NCBI GenBank assembly: GCA_030295235.1
Contig: AP026167.1
Coordinates: forward strand, 930,001-979,037
Reading direction: 5' to 3'
DNA: 49,037 nucleotides
Origin: Fistulifera solaris
Taxonomy: Eukaryota
A program made the translations under genes and the position numbers. Shown here piece after piece: positions 12,509 through 24,583 of the stretch (the first letter of the stretch is position 1; every line of letters starts with the position of its first letter). The notes below the pieces were generated by a model that was not told the origin of the DNA, ran no database searches, and saw only the letters and a program-made list of their open reading frames with translations.

Positions 12509-14635
12509 GACAACCCAACAAACGAATGAATCGATTTTGATCGCGTGCCATCCTGTTTTCATACCAATCATGCAAGGCTGCGAAAATACCATAACTTGTT
12601 CTCATTAAAAATCTATCACTAATCATTACCGTCGTTCAAAATCCATGAATCTATCCTTGGAAGTTTACTTTGTAAAGTGCGACTCCAATAGTTGCTTTAA
12701 ACTGTAGACTATAGATTGCCTTGAACAGATAAGCCTCCGTGTCTAGTCCTAGGGTCGAGTTTCGGTTGCATGATTTACTTGACCCTAGTCCCTCCCTAGC
12801 CTCTAGAGTCGCAGCTCCTAGCTAGCAAACTTGAAACGCGTTTAAACCAGCTAAGCTGAATGGCGAATGGCCCTTTCGATACCTCACACTCACAATGACG
12901 TATGTGTCGTTTGTCTGATGTGGTCAAAGTTCAAGACTCAAAGACTCAAGGATTTATTACTTATTACAGCCTTGAGAGTTGAACTGGAAACTGGACGTTG
13001 AGCTGGCCGTTCTAATTGCACAGTCAACGAGATTGTACGAAATCCGCAAAGCCCGTGGGATACGTATACGTGGTAGGTGGTAGAGCAATTGCAGTGAACA
13101 GACTGACGACTGATTCTTTAGTTTTGTCTCTCTTCTCTCTTGTCTCTCTAGTCTCTAGTCTAGGTTCTAGGTTTCACCAAAAGATGGTTTAGTCATTAAC
13201 TGTTTATTAAGTACCTACAAAACAGGCAAGAATATGAGCTTTATAATCAGCAAGTAATAAAAAGGGTTAAGCAAAGTTATTTCATAGCCACTTTCGTTTC
13301 TCATTCACGCACTAAATACATCGCATCAAAGTAATCCTTCAACTTTTCCTCCTATTGATTCATCTTATAAGTTTGACGTTATGCTTCTTTGCAAAAGCAG
13401 GTAGCTTACGATCAGATATGCTATCGGTTTGGTTTGGTTTGGTTTGGTATGGTTTTACGCATCATTTTCCCTCTACAAGTAACAAAACTTTTCGCTATTA
13501 TGACTGCTTTCAATAACCAAAGCCTTAGCTCAAGAAGTTCCGTCTTAGCGGCATTATTGGCTGCGAGTCGTTCAGTGAATGCGATGACAGCCATCGCGAT
13601 GATTCGATTTCTTCTGAGGATAATAGAAGAACACTATCAATCGTGATATCGTCTTCGTCTTGATCAAGACGATGAGTGTTTCGTATGCTTACCCATTTTG
13701 AAAGACTTGGCTTTTGGCAGCTCTTCAAATCCTTGCAGAAGATGAGGTCTGGTGGATATTGTACGCTTACCTCGCCGGCGGTGATTTTGGTGTTGGGAAT
13801 TGATATGGACGGCTTTAGGAAAAGTTTTTGACATAAACATCTTTAAAACTAGTTCACCGGTCAATTTGTGTAATCAACGAAATGAAGCGAAAGTAGGAAA
13901 TAGGGAAGAGTGTTCGTGTTGCGACCCCAACATCAAGCCCACTTTTCTTGTGTGCCGCCGGATAAAGGCGCAAACGCACACCATGTGCATGTGAAAGCAG
14001 AAAGAACGTGGAAGCTTTTTTTAGAACGCTCGAAAACAAAGATACTCGTACGTTTACTATTAGAATTAGAGTAGGCCATTCTGTTCCTCCCTATCAAATG
14101 CCGAAAGAATACTAAAAAGATAAAACACGGAACACGGGACCTTTAACTGCATCGAACATCGATGTTCGATGTTCGATGTTCGATACCTGGAGTAGATTTG
14201 TAGAGCCGCATGACTCGAATGTCAAAATTACACTTTACATTCTGACTTCAGGAAATTAGGAATATACTTGTAAATATTTTAGTGTTTGTGTTACGTTTTC
14301 TTCTGCCAAAGAATTCGCGGATGTTAAAATAATCACGGAATTGCCTATGGCCCATGCGAACTAACATCAAAAAACACCAAAAAATAGTTCCCCAAAGTCA
14401 AATTTTTATGATTCGCAAAAAGAGAGTACCAAGTTTTATCGTAGATACATGCAAGAGGTGTAACAAACCAGGTTGATGAACGCTTTCGACACAAGTTTGT
14501 CCTGGGTAATCGCACGTGGGTGGTTTCGCAGCTGGATAGACTATAACTATAACGGATGAGCATCCCGAAACAAATGGTTGCGGGCAATTAATTACCAGGT
14601 AGTGATCATTTATATTACTTTCACTTTCTTCGTTG

Positions 14636-16885
14636 TTAAATATTTGAATTCTTTGCTAAAATGGTGGCCAAGATACCGTGGTCACTCGGAAAGTCAAGCG
14701 TTGGGAAGGCCATATTCTCTGTGTACTTGGCCTCGCCTGTATTATCTTTCCAAGTTTTTTGAATCGAAAAGGTCTTTTCCGGAAAGAGAATGAAATCCTT
14801 CGGGTTGACATCGCCTTTGCTACGTTTCTCTGTGGATCGGCAGCCCTTCTGAAGTTGCGGTTGTAAGAATGTTCTCGCATTGAACGTGGTGTAGTTAGAC
14901 GCGTTGACCGTATCGCCCCAACACGAGGTCAAGTGCAGTTCCGTGGAAAAGAACTGCGCGAATTCCGATACGTCTTGAGTTTTACCGGGTTTTCCCTGTT
15001 CATACGTATTCGCATCCAATCCGAAGATTAGCGTATGCCCCGCAGGTACTATTGCGTTTACAGCTTGAACAACAGGTTTTGTGGCTAGCCCATTAGTATC
15101 GCCGTGGAAGGATGCAATGAGATAGCGATCCCCTTGTACATTTGTGGCCGTCACAGCGAGAACATCTCCTACCGCTACCGGAACATTCTCATCAAACTGC
15201 TTCATGACTTGACTGGTAATCTCTTTATCGACACCCGCGGGAAACGAGTCTTTGTTCAAAAAAACAACCGAGTTTTGATCGCGTACTGGATCCAAAAATT
15301 CCGACGAAACTATAATATGAAACTGTTTCCCGAGGATAGCATGTTTTCGAGCTAGCTCGACTAAACTCATCGAGACTTCTTGTAAAGTAACAATGTCGGA
15401 TTTCACATAGTGCGAATCCGCGAGAATATTCAATGTTTTGCTTGTTTTCTGTTTGTTGAGTTTCTCGACCATCGTTTTCTTCAATGCCTGCCATGCTTTG
15501 GGTGACGCAGCACACTCGTTCATCATGTGAACGAGGATGGCATCAAAGATGGCACCGCAAAGTGTTTGTAAGGGAAGCGAGTCTTGCGCTTCTTGAGGGG
15601 TGATATCAGGATACTTGGCCGGACTAATTGGCTGCAGCATCTGGTAAGGGATTTGTTTCACTGTCTGTCCGGTCTTATCATTGATGGAGAGAGTAGTACG
15701 AAACATGAACTCTTTCCAGGCACTCCACCACTGTTGCTGATTGTCTAACGATCCCTGATACATGTTAATGACAGTGGGACGGAACACGGCCTCTCCATTG
15801 GCTAAATTGATTGTGTTGGTGATACGATCTGGCATACTAGCGAGCCGCTTGGAACCAAGAAGAGGATCTTTCAAAACTCGGACACAATCTTGCGATTCGC
15901 ATATTCTTTCTCCCAATATTCTGCCACAGACTTCCATTTGGCCCTCTCCGTTAATTCGTGATCGAGTTCTTGAAACATATCTTGCGTGAATACTTTATGC
16001 ACTGGAACATCTTGCGCTTCGGTCGGTGTGTTGATGAATTGCTCAATTTGAATCATCAGTTTCTCGTATTCGTCATTATAGGTAATCCAGTACTCAAAGG
16101 GATTATTGTTGATAGCAGCCACGTTCCAAGTAGTAACCTGGAGAGTCCCAGCTCGTGCTGCTGCTGAAGTAATCGCCGATGACGATGTCATCAAATAATG
16201 CCGAGCTCCTCCTGTCGAGACAGAAAGTAGATAGCGTTAGCAAATAGTACGATTGAGCGTTTTTGAATGAATCAATCACAGCAAGAAACGAGTGGACTAT
16301 GGACGATGAACGAACCGGATTGATAATAGACAGCCGTATACAAGACCATGGCAAATAGAACACAAGCAATCCGTTGAATATCACGAGGAGGCGTTCGATT
16401 TGCCATTTCTCCTCCCCGAGACGTTTCGCGCGATCAAAGGACGACCGTTTATGACTTTACGAGTAAAAGCACTCGACATTTGATCTCTTTGAAGATGTAA
16501 TTGTAGATTGATTGTCAAGAGGAAAGAATATTGATAGAAGAACCAAGAGCGATTGCAACAAAACGCAATAAGAAAAGCAACGGCTACATGTTTGAGCGAG
16601 CCCATTCGGCGGCTGCGTCACCACTGATGATTCAAAGTGAACCGGGACCCAGCAACAAACATACGATAAAAAAGACGCTTTCTTCGTTCGCATCTCGATG
16701 AGGCACCCACCTACGCCAATTCCTACAACAAAGGCAAGCATTAAAACCCAATTCAATGGGGAATAAGAAGATGTATTGTTCTTTTTCTTCTTCTTCTCGC
16801 GGCCTCGTGAACCAGGAACAATCAACGGGGTTTCGTCGCCGCTTTCTTCGTCAAATTCTTCGTCTTTCTTGGAGTTGCGGAGCAT
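14636..16885 (-). CDS. Endonuclease/exonuclease/phosphatase (EEP, DNase I-like) family protein, probably type II membrane-anchored
   Basis: EEP motifs TTWNVAA, DIVTLQEV, SFHGDTNG, FGLDANT, KDFIL, FPSDHG in 16211-14636 (frameshift ~15930). The upstream exon 16885-16665 has a TM helix and is tentatively joined by intron 16664-16212, which needs a 1-nt correction in a T run. Confidence 0.72.
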
Positions 16886-17577
16886 CGAATCTTTGAAGTA
16901 TGACGGTGTCTTACAGTCATGACACACAAAAACACGAAAACGATTAGAAGGATACGATTTCTTGTTCGTTCGATCAAATCGCTACCGTTGCTTCACAATT
17001 AATCGATCTTTATTTTGCGATTATTCAACGGACACCCGGCGATCCGTCTTCGTGTCTTAGCAACACACAATTTGTCACAGTTCTCAAAACAGTTCGATGC
17101 GCGATGCATTGCGTGGAAATTAGGGTCTACTATTGGCTACAGGTGGCGTTAGTAAACAAAAAATTGATTTCAATGCGTAAGAAGATTGAAAGATGCATCG
17201 TTTAGAGTCTCTGTAAATTTCACGTAGCTCTCGTAGGGAAACTTATCGTCAGAGGGGAGCCGTAGCTTCTCTAATCTACTGTGCACCAGTTCATCGTAAT
17301 GCAGAAAATAATGTTTTTTTTCAAGTTCATGCACTGTAAATCTAAAACGACAGGTATCTTTTGTCGCCGATCACCCATGGATCACCGACCAGTATTCTGT
17401 CTTGGACTTGGTACGAAAAAGTGGACATTTGACTAGCACTACTACCTCACAAATCTAGGAAGAACGACTTTAACTTTGTGGCCATGGGAATCACTCTTTA
17501 GTATACGGTTGTATCACATTATTTCTATACCCAAGAGCAGTTCGTGCACTGATAAGCATACCATCATTTATTATAAC

Positions 17578-19866
17578 TTACGTCTTGGGACCACTACCTG
17601 CAGTTTTCATCGCATCTAGGACAAAGTCGAACTTTTGTCATCTTTCTGGACAGGACGTGCGTCGGCGGTAGTCACCGGTTTCATGACCGGCGGAGCCATG
17701 CCAGGAAAGGAAGAACCATTCCAGGAGGCAAGGCGCCACGTTGCTGTTGCAAAAGAAGAGCCATCTGCATCTGTTGCTGTTGTTGCATCCACATATTTTG
17801 TTGGTAGGCCATGGCTTGCATTTGTTCCGTCGATAAACTCATAATTTTACGCTGCGCGGTTTGCGGAGTCACATTTTGAAGCGGGTCAAATACAGGAATG
17901 GTGCCAGCGTTGTTTACGGTACTAGTCGTATTCGTCGGTGAAACTACCTCTTCCTTCTTCGCCAAATCCGACAATGTGTTCTCCTTGTTAATGAAACTAA
18001 ATGCAGAGCCATTAACCGTAGTGCTTGCTGTCGTTGTTGTTGCGTCGTTCGTTCCAGAGCCTAAAAGATCTTCTATGCCTTCATTAATTGCAACTGGGGC
18101 ACCACGTTTAGTGTCATTCTCCTTAAGATTCATTTGCGCAAACATACTCGAAGTGGAAGCTACCGTGGCTTGAGTATTGGCGTGAGAAAACCCGTCCAAC
18201 AGACTAGGAGCCGCAGGTTGTGAAACAGGAACGGGGCGCTATCCTCGAACCCACCTAACAAGTCGGTAGCATCCGGTACCGGTGGAGCTGCAGCGGGAGC
18301 TGGAACGGGTTCCTTTACTTGCATCCCACCAAACAAGTTCGCTGCAGGAGATGCCGCCATTAATGTGGCCTCTGGCTCTGGACCTTGATCGAAGTCCAGC
18401 AAATTCACCGGTACAGACCCGATGGGAGGGGGGCTCACCGGAGTCGTAGGAGTTGTATCTACTTGTAAACCGAGTATTTGTAGCACCCTACGTGCAGGAT
18501 CGTGAATAGCAGCACGAGGATGTTGACTGAGGGGAATAATCTCTTCACGGCAAGCGTGGAAGAAGTCACGGTACGGATTTTGGCCGGTCGTCAAGAGTGT
18601 CCCGTGCTGAATACACGCTTCCATGACACAAAGCGCTTTGGCACGAATAATCCAGGGTTGTCCCTCTTCCAAACAGTCTAATACAGCCGGGCAAATTAAG
18701 TCAGCATTCAAAGAGGGCAAATTTCTCGAAAACTCAGCCAATTTTTCCGGCGGCGGGACGGGTTTTAAACCACCCGGCGGGCAGAGCTCCATTATCAAAT
18801 TGGTTTCGTAAGAGCCGTCTGATACCGCTGCTTGTGCAGTAGGAGACATCGTGTATGAGGAAGAGGGGGTGCTGTGGTTAATTGTAACGGTGGGCATTGA
18901 GTGCTGAACAGAAGCGCTTCCCCACGATCCACCGACAGCTCCCGAGTTCGCACTTCGTGAATATGCAGATGCTTCAGTGTTGATAGCGCCCGGACCACGA
19001 TTCGACGCCATAGTCCATTGTCCACCAGTTTGACGACTCAACTCCGATGCTCCCGGAGGTGGCCGTCCGTAAGTCTGTTACAGTGACAAAGAATAGGTTG
19101 ATAAATGTAAGATGGATCGGAATATAACAAACGAAGACCTCTCCATTCTTCTCACACTTACCTGCGAACGATTATATCCAGGCAAGTCACCCGAGTGTCC
19201 CTGGCGAGGCACATGATGTACTTGCGGCGCCGATGGAATGTTTCTCGCAAGTGGATCTTTGATCATGCCCACCAACACATCACCGGCTTCACGCACGGCT
19301 TCTTTGAAAGAACTAGGCTGGGTTCCGTTGTAGCGAGGATCGTTACGAGGGTCGCTGAACATGGGGTTGCCGACACCTTCCATTCGTCGTCCTCCCGGAT
19401 ATGCCGCACTGCTGCTACTGTATCCTCCGACATCATGCGGTGAAGGCCCGTAACTTCCACTGGTGACTGCAGACGTTTCCACTGACGGCGCTTCTCGGTA
19501 AACCGCATCAAGCGCTTCTTTCGCAGCTTGTCGAACTCTAGCATTGGGTTCGTCTCCTCGCACAGGATCCATCGGCCCGCGGAAATTCATAGCTTCTTTA
19601 ATAGCAGTGATGGCCGAAGGATCTTGTGCGACTGCGCGACGAAACTGATTACGCGGGACGCCGTCGGCTAATTTCGCAATAACTTTGCAGCATTTCGCTT
19701 TAACATTGGGATTTTGTTTCGATTGCAAACGATTCGACAAATAGCGAGCTATTTCCTGACAAGCCATGGGATTCGAAGAGGCAGCTTTGGTCAAATCAAT
19801 GTATAAATAGCCGGGCGTTGGGGCGTCGGTGCCTTCCGTAGCACGTGCTAGCATACCGCGGTCCAT
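17578..19866 (-). CDS. Tepsin / ENTHD2-like AP-4 accessory protein (ENTH plus VHS/ENTH-like domain)
   Basis: N-terminal ENTH (LARATEGTDAPTPGYLY..RL..VKAKCCKVI..GPMDPVRGD..VRQAAKE), intron 19161-19075, second helical domain (ELCPPGGLKPVP..IRAKALCVMEA), disordered tail with LLDF/DLLG motifs, ending FDFVLDAMKTAGSGPKT*. Two frameshifts in the tail. Confidence 0.78.
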
Positions 19867-21615
19867 GTTTACTTGAAAATTTTTTTTATAAAACGAAAGA
19901 AAGGCTTAAAGACAGCAAGAATGACTGCTCCGCAAAGGCAAACAACACTTGCCTGTTTTTGCATTCATTCTCATCCTTCAAGAGGTACTGTACCTTGTAT
20001 AGCGCACAGCATCGCCGAAACGGCTCGGTTCCTCATTTCATTTCCGACACGCAAGCCTGCATTCGAGGTTATACAAACTACTTTGTAGTAAGGACGGTGT
20101 CTTAGCAATGATCAAAAATATAGATGTAATACTCCGCTGCGACATCAAAAGTAAATGTTTTAGACTACTATTGAATCAACTGGCTTTCAAATTTCAGTCA
20201 CGAGTCATAATTTATTGTTTAATGGCACGCCCGATTATGATTCAAATAGTTTAGACTACGCGCGGTTTCTTGCATTACCTGAAGCTCTTCCTAAAAGAAT
20301 ACTGTCAAGCTTGCAATGGATGAACAGCCTGTGCCCTACAGGTACTCTGACCAAGCGACGTCGAAAATAGTCTTTAAATTGTAAAACCCGCTATCTCAAG
20401 CAAAAGGTAGATTCGACGATTGGACTTCAGAGTTGTTCACAAGCAGGTCTAGCATTTTTCATTGCATGTGTTTTCACACAGTCGGCCAAGTAAGCAATCG
20501 TGTCAATTAAATGAAGTTGACAGTTGCGGCAATGGCAGTACATTACAAAGTCCGTATTCTTGAACCAAATGTATCATAAGTTACGAGCTACAAATACAAA
20601 GAGAAATTTTGAATGCGATGAGTGAACGAAACAGCTCTAAACGTACGAAGGCAGTGAATAAAATCGTCGAGAAGATTCTAACATCGTGTGTTTCAGATAC
20701 CGGTACTGGTACCGTACCGTAAAACCGTACCGGTATGTCAAAATGACTCGACAAAAAGAATAGCGCGTGTACTGTACCAGGTAGCGACGAACGAGCATCC
20801 CTGGGAAGACGTTAAAATTCTGCCTCCTAGTACAAGATTCTACGTTGTGTCCACAACAAGGCAGAATTTTAACGGTTTCCTGGTGTAGGATGGCATGGGT
20901 GATGGGTGATGGGTGATGGGTGATTAACAGTGACGGTTGAGTGTGTGTAACGGTGTGACTATGTAGCGATTAATTTTATTCAAAGGCTGGGTACCAATGC
21001 GGTTGATATTTTTGGTTGAGGGTTGATGGTAAGTGGTGAGTGGTGAGTGGTGAGCCGCTGTTAAGCGAAGAGACATGCTTCGTACGGCACTGTACACGTA
21101 CTCTATTTTCCTTTGACGGTATTAATTGCGTTTTCTTGTTAGACCAGTGACAACCGAAAGTTGTTGTTGGCATTAGGCATTTGGCCGCATACACAACCAT
21201 ATTAATGAAGAATGATGAAGAATTCGAAGGAACTGCCACCTGTCCGGAGTGAGGAAGAAATTTTTCCCCGATACAATAGAGTATAAATGTCCCTTTGATT
21301 GGTTAGCTTGAAGTTCGCATTTGTGTTGTTCTCTCAGAAAGACCATGGATGCTATACTATAAAGTGTATTTGCCATGACTATTTTGCCCGAGTAAGGCCG
21401 AAAAACTTCTGAAATGTACATCAAACTAGACAGTCGACCATCTCCCCCGTTTTGCCGTTCCAGAGCTCTTGTATTGGCAAGATTGTGGAACGAGCGCGTT
21501 CTATCACGTAAAAGGCCGTAGTGGTTTGAACGTGATTTCGTAGAGGTCGACAGCGAATTCCCTCGATAGACGCCATAGTTTCTATTTCGCTTCAAATCAA
21601 CCACAAACTTTGACC

Positions 21616-22744
21616 ATGTGCGTCACCAATACAACCCACCGTCGTGTTCCAGCAATCTCTTTGACCCAAGATCAGGTCCTCAATGCAGGACCATTAGCCC
21701 AGCGTCTCCTTGCCGGAGGATTCCCTTCAACTGTTCCTACTGGTGTTCAAAAGTCCTCGGATTATCCGCAGCAGCGAGTTGAATCCTGCTACCAGCCAAA
21801 TGTTGAAAAGTCGCGCCCGAAACGCCGCCGCAAGCCCCAGAAACCGGGCAAGACAGCAAAGATGCACGATAGGCACTTTGTGATTCACAACTATCACGAT
21901 CACGCAAATGATGATGACTATTTTGTAGAAGAAGAGCATGAACGCCGTCGCGGAGGTGTTGCGGTCCCCTTTCCGAATAAGCTTCACGCCGTCCTTGACC
22001 AGGTAGAAGCTGATGGACTCTCTCATGTTATCTCCTGGCAGTCGCACGGTAGATGCTTCGTCATACATAACCCCCAAGAATTTGTTGAATACGTAATGCC
22101 GCGTTACTTTCGTCAATCCAAGTTGACGAGCTTTCAGAGACAGCTCAATTTGGTAAGTGTCTCTATCCTTCTCTTTTCCATTTTGTAACGCGCACGAGCT
22201 TACACGTTTTTGCCTTCAGTACGGATTCTCTCGACTGACACGAGGGCCTGATGCTGGTGGTTATTACCACGAACTTTTTCTTCGAGGAAAAGTTAATCTT
22301 TGCTCGCGAATGCAGCGCACGAAAGTCAAGGGAACGATGTTCAAAGCTGCATCTTCTCCCGAAAACGAACCTGACTTTTACACCATGGCTCCTGTTCGAG
22401 TCACACCTCAACATTCGGATGAAGAGGGTTCGTATGGAACGGACGGAGGCTATCAGCAACCGATATTGTATCAATCTCAGCAAGAAATGTTTGATCCTAT
22501 GCCACTGCAACAGTATGAAGCTCTCCCTATGAACATGCTATTTGAGGCTAGTAGACCCGAAGTAGAGTACGGCCGTTTGACGGATCGTGTATTCGATGAG
22601 GCAGTGGATGAACTCTTCATGGACGTCTTCTCTGAGTCGAACATATCGGAGTTTGTGCAAGATTGGGATCCTACTGCTTCGGTGGAGCCAGACATTCAAG
22701 ACGACGCTCAATTAGGATATCTTTTGGAGAAACTACTCGAATGA
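21616..22744 (+). CDS. Heat shock transcription factor family protein
   Basis: HSF DNA-binding domain PFPNKLH..ISWQSHGRCFVIH..YFRQSKLTSFQRQLNL|YGFSRLT..YYHELFLRG, split by GT-AG intron 22153-22219; acidic C-terminus. Confidence 0.93.
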
Positions 22745-23128
22745 GCCCTCAATCAAATAAGAGATTAATTTTACGTATATAGCTTTTCCATCAAACTATC
22801 ATAAAACGATATCTAGAGTCTAGAGTGCCAGAATCGACATCACACGTGATGTCTCGGGTGATGCTTGATGATGATCTAGGCGCTGACTACGTTCGTCATT
22901 TTTCGTCCATGTTCGGGCCTCTTTTCAACGGAAAACGAAGCGTTATACCTTCATAAATGACGCGCTACTAGTGACTGAAAAATCAGTCAAGGCTTATTAC
23001 CGCGTACCGCCTTACTTAGGTTGATTTTTCACGTTCTCTTCCTTTGCAGCTACGCAACGCGCAACATCTATCGTTCTTGTGTTCAAAACGATTGTGGTTT
23101 ATTGATCCATTAACAAAGTTTCTTTACC

Positions 23129-23622
23129 ATGGTGAGTGTTGAAAGGCTTGAATTGTAGAAAGCTTACGACCTTCTGAGACAGTGGAAGCTATCAATATAC
23201 TGACGAGAAACGCTTCTTGTCTTTCGAATTTGTCTCCTCATGTTATACTACGTTCTAATGTTATCGTCTTCTCGTTCTGTTTTACCGTAGCCGCCGAAAG
23301 TCCAGCAGAAATCGAAAGAACAAAAATGGCCGCCGCCATGGCCGGTGGTAAGGGAAAGAAAAAGAAGTGGTCCAAGGGAAAAGCCCGTGATAAGGTAGAC
23401 AACAAAGTTCTACTGTCAAAGGAGCAATTCGATCGCTTACATGAGGAAGTTCCTAAGATGAAACTTATCACAGTATCTGCTGTTGTTGAAAAACTGAAGG
23501 TGAACGGAGGTTTGGCTCGACGAGCTCTGCGTGACTTGGCTGAGGAAGGAAAAATCCGCCCCGTTTTGTTGTCTCGAGCACAGCAAATTTACACACGCAA
23601 CGTTGCTGAAGATGACGAGTAA
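23129..23622 (+). CDS. RPS25: 40S ribosomal protein S25 (eS25)
   Basis: ATG-only first exon 23129-23131, intron 23132-23290, then PPKVQQKSKEQK. One A appears to be missing in the A run at ~23322-23326 before MAAAMAGGKGKKKKWSKGK..VPKMKLIT..LKVNGGLARRAL..IYTR. Confidence 0.95.
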
Positions 23623-23866
23623 ATTAATTACCAAAACCAGATAATAATAGCGCCCCTTCTTATTTCGTCCGCTAAGGTTTTGACTGATTTTTGTTATCGA
23701 GGAGTCGCCTTCCTCTTTTCTGAATGTGTTTGTCTATTTATCGGATAACGAAAGTTATCCCTTTTTTAAACAATCTTCAGTTAACATGCAAGCACTACGA
23801 CGGACCTAATCGTTACTGTTACAAAGAAGGAGAACGTAAGCCATTCAAAATGTTTTTTTAAGGAAA

Positions 23867-24583
23867 TCAATGACCAGGACCTTTCTTTCTAACCATTCCA
23901 TTTACGGCATCACGGAGGGCGTGGCTAACTTTATCTCGAATTTCTTCCAATGGCAACTCAGTCCATGTGTTAGACCTACTTTGGTGTTTCATGAAACGGA
24001 CAAGCCGAGAGCTGTCTTGCGCTCGGACAGATTCAATGATAGAGTCGATTACAATGGATTTATCCATTCTTGTCTCCGCGTCGATGTATTCCTGGACAGA
24101 TTCTTGTATGATCCGCCGAAAGCGCTGGTTGCCGGGATGGCGAAAATATCGCTTTCCGCGCGAGCAAACAACATCATCGACAGTGGGAGGCAAACATATG
24201 GCTTGCTCCTCCAACGCCCCAACTTGATGTAGTGGAGTCTGGAGTTGTGACTTGGGCACATATTGTGCTTCCGATAAGGCAGAAAGGATAGAAAATTGGT
24301 TCAGGTCGTGCGCGTTGTATGAAATTTTCTGTTGTTCGATGACTGACGGTTGACACGTAGATGTCGAAAAGAATGGCAAGCTCTCAACAGTGTTTCCTTC
24401 CCGAGCTGCTGCGTTTTGTTCTGTTGTAGTCGACGAACCACTTTGTAGGTTATTTGGGTATGAGCGAATCGGCGGATGCCCCAGTGATCTCGTACCATTA
24501 TCGACATCCATCATCGTACTTGGAAGAAGTATAGGATACTTATCCAGAAAACTGGAACTGGCATTGCAGGACTTTACCATCAT
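23867..24583 (-). CDS. DUF6824-like diatom-expanded protein
   Basis: C-terminal motif DVVCSRGK..HPGNQRFR..Y..A..RMDKS..I..VR....RF....W.EL....RDKVSHALRD. Confidence 0.75.
   Translation of the reverse strand: MMVKSCNASSSFLDKYPILLPSTMMDVDNGTRSLGHPPIRSYPNNLQSGSSTTTEQNAAAREGNTVESLPFFSTSTCQPSVIEQQKISYNAHDLNQFSILSALSEAQYVPKSQLQTPLHQVGALEEQAICLPPTVDDVVCSRGKRYFRHPGNQRFRRIIQESVQEYIDAETRMDKSIVIDSIIESVRAQDSSRLVRFMKHQSRSNTWTELPLEEIRDKVSHALRDAVNGMVRKKGPGH

Noticed and set aside
13525..13994. Short minus-strand ORFs that might form a small gene
   Set aside because: No motif or convincing splice model.
22836..22980. Palindrome gacatcacacgtgatgtc and TGATGA..CTGA boxes suggesting a C/D snoRNA near RPS25; also the RPS25 intron
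   Set aside because: No terminal stem or identifiable rRNA guide, and the intron lacks a box C.
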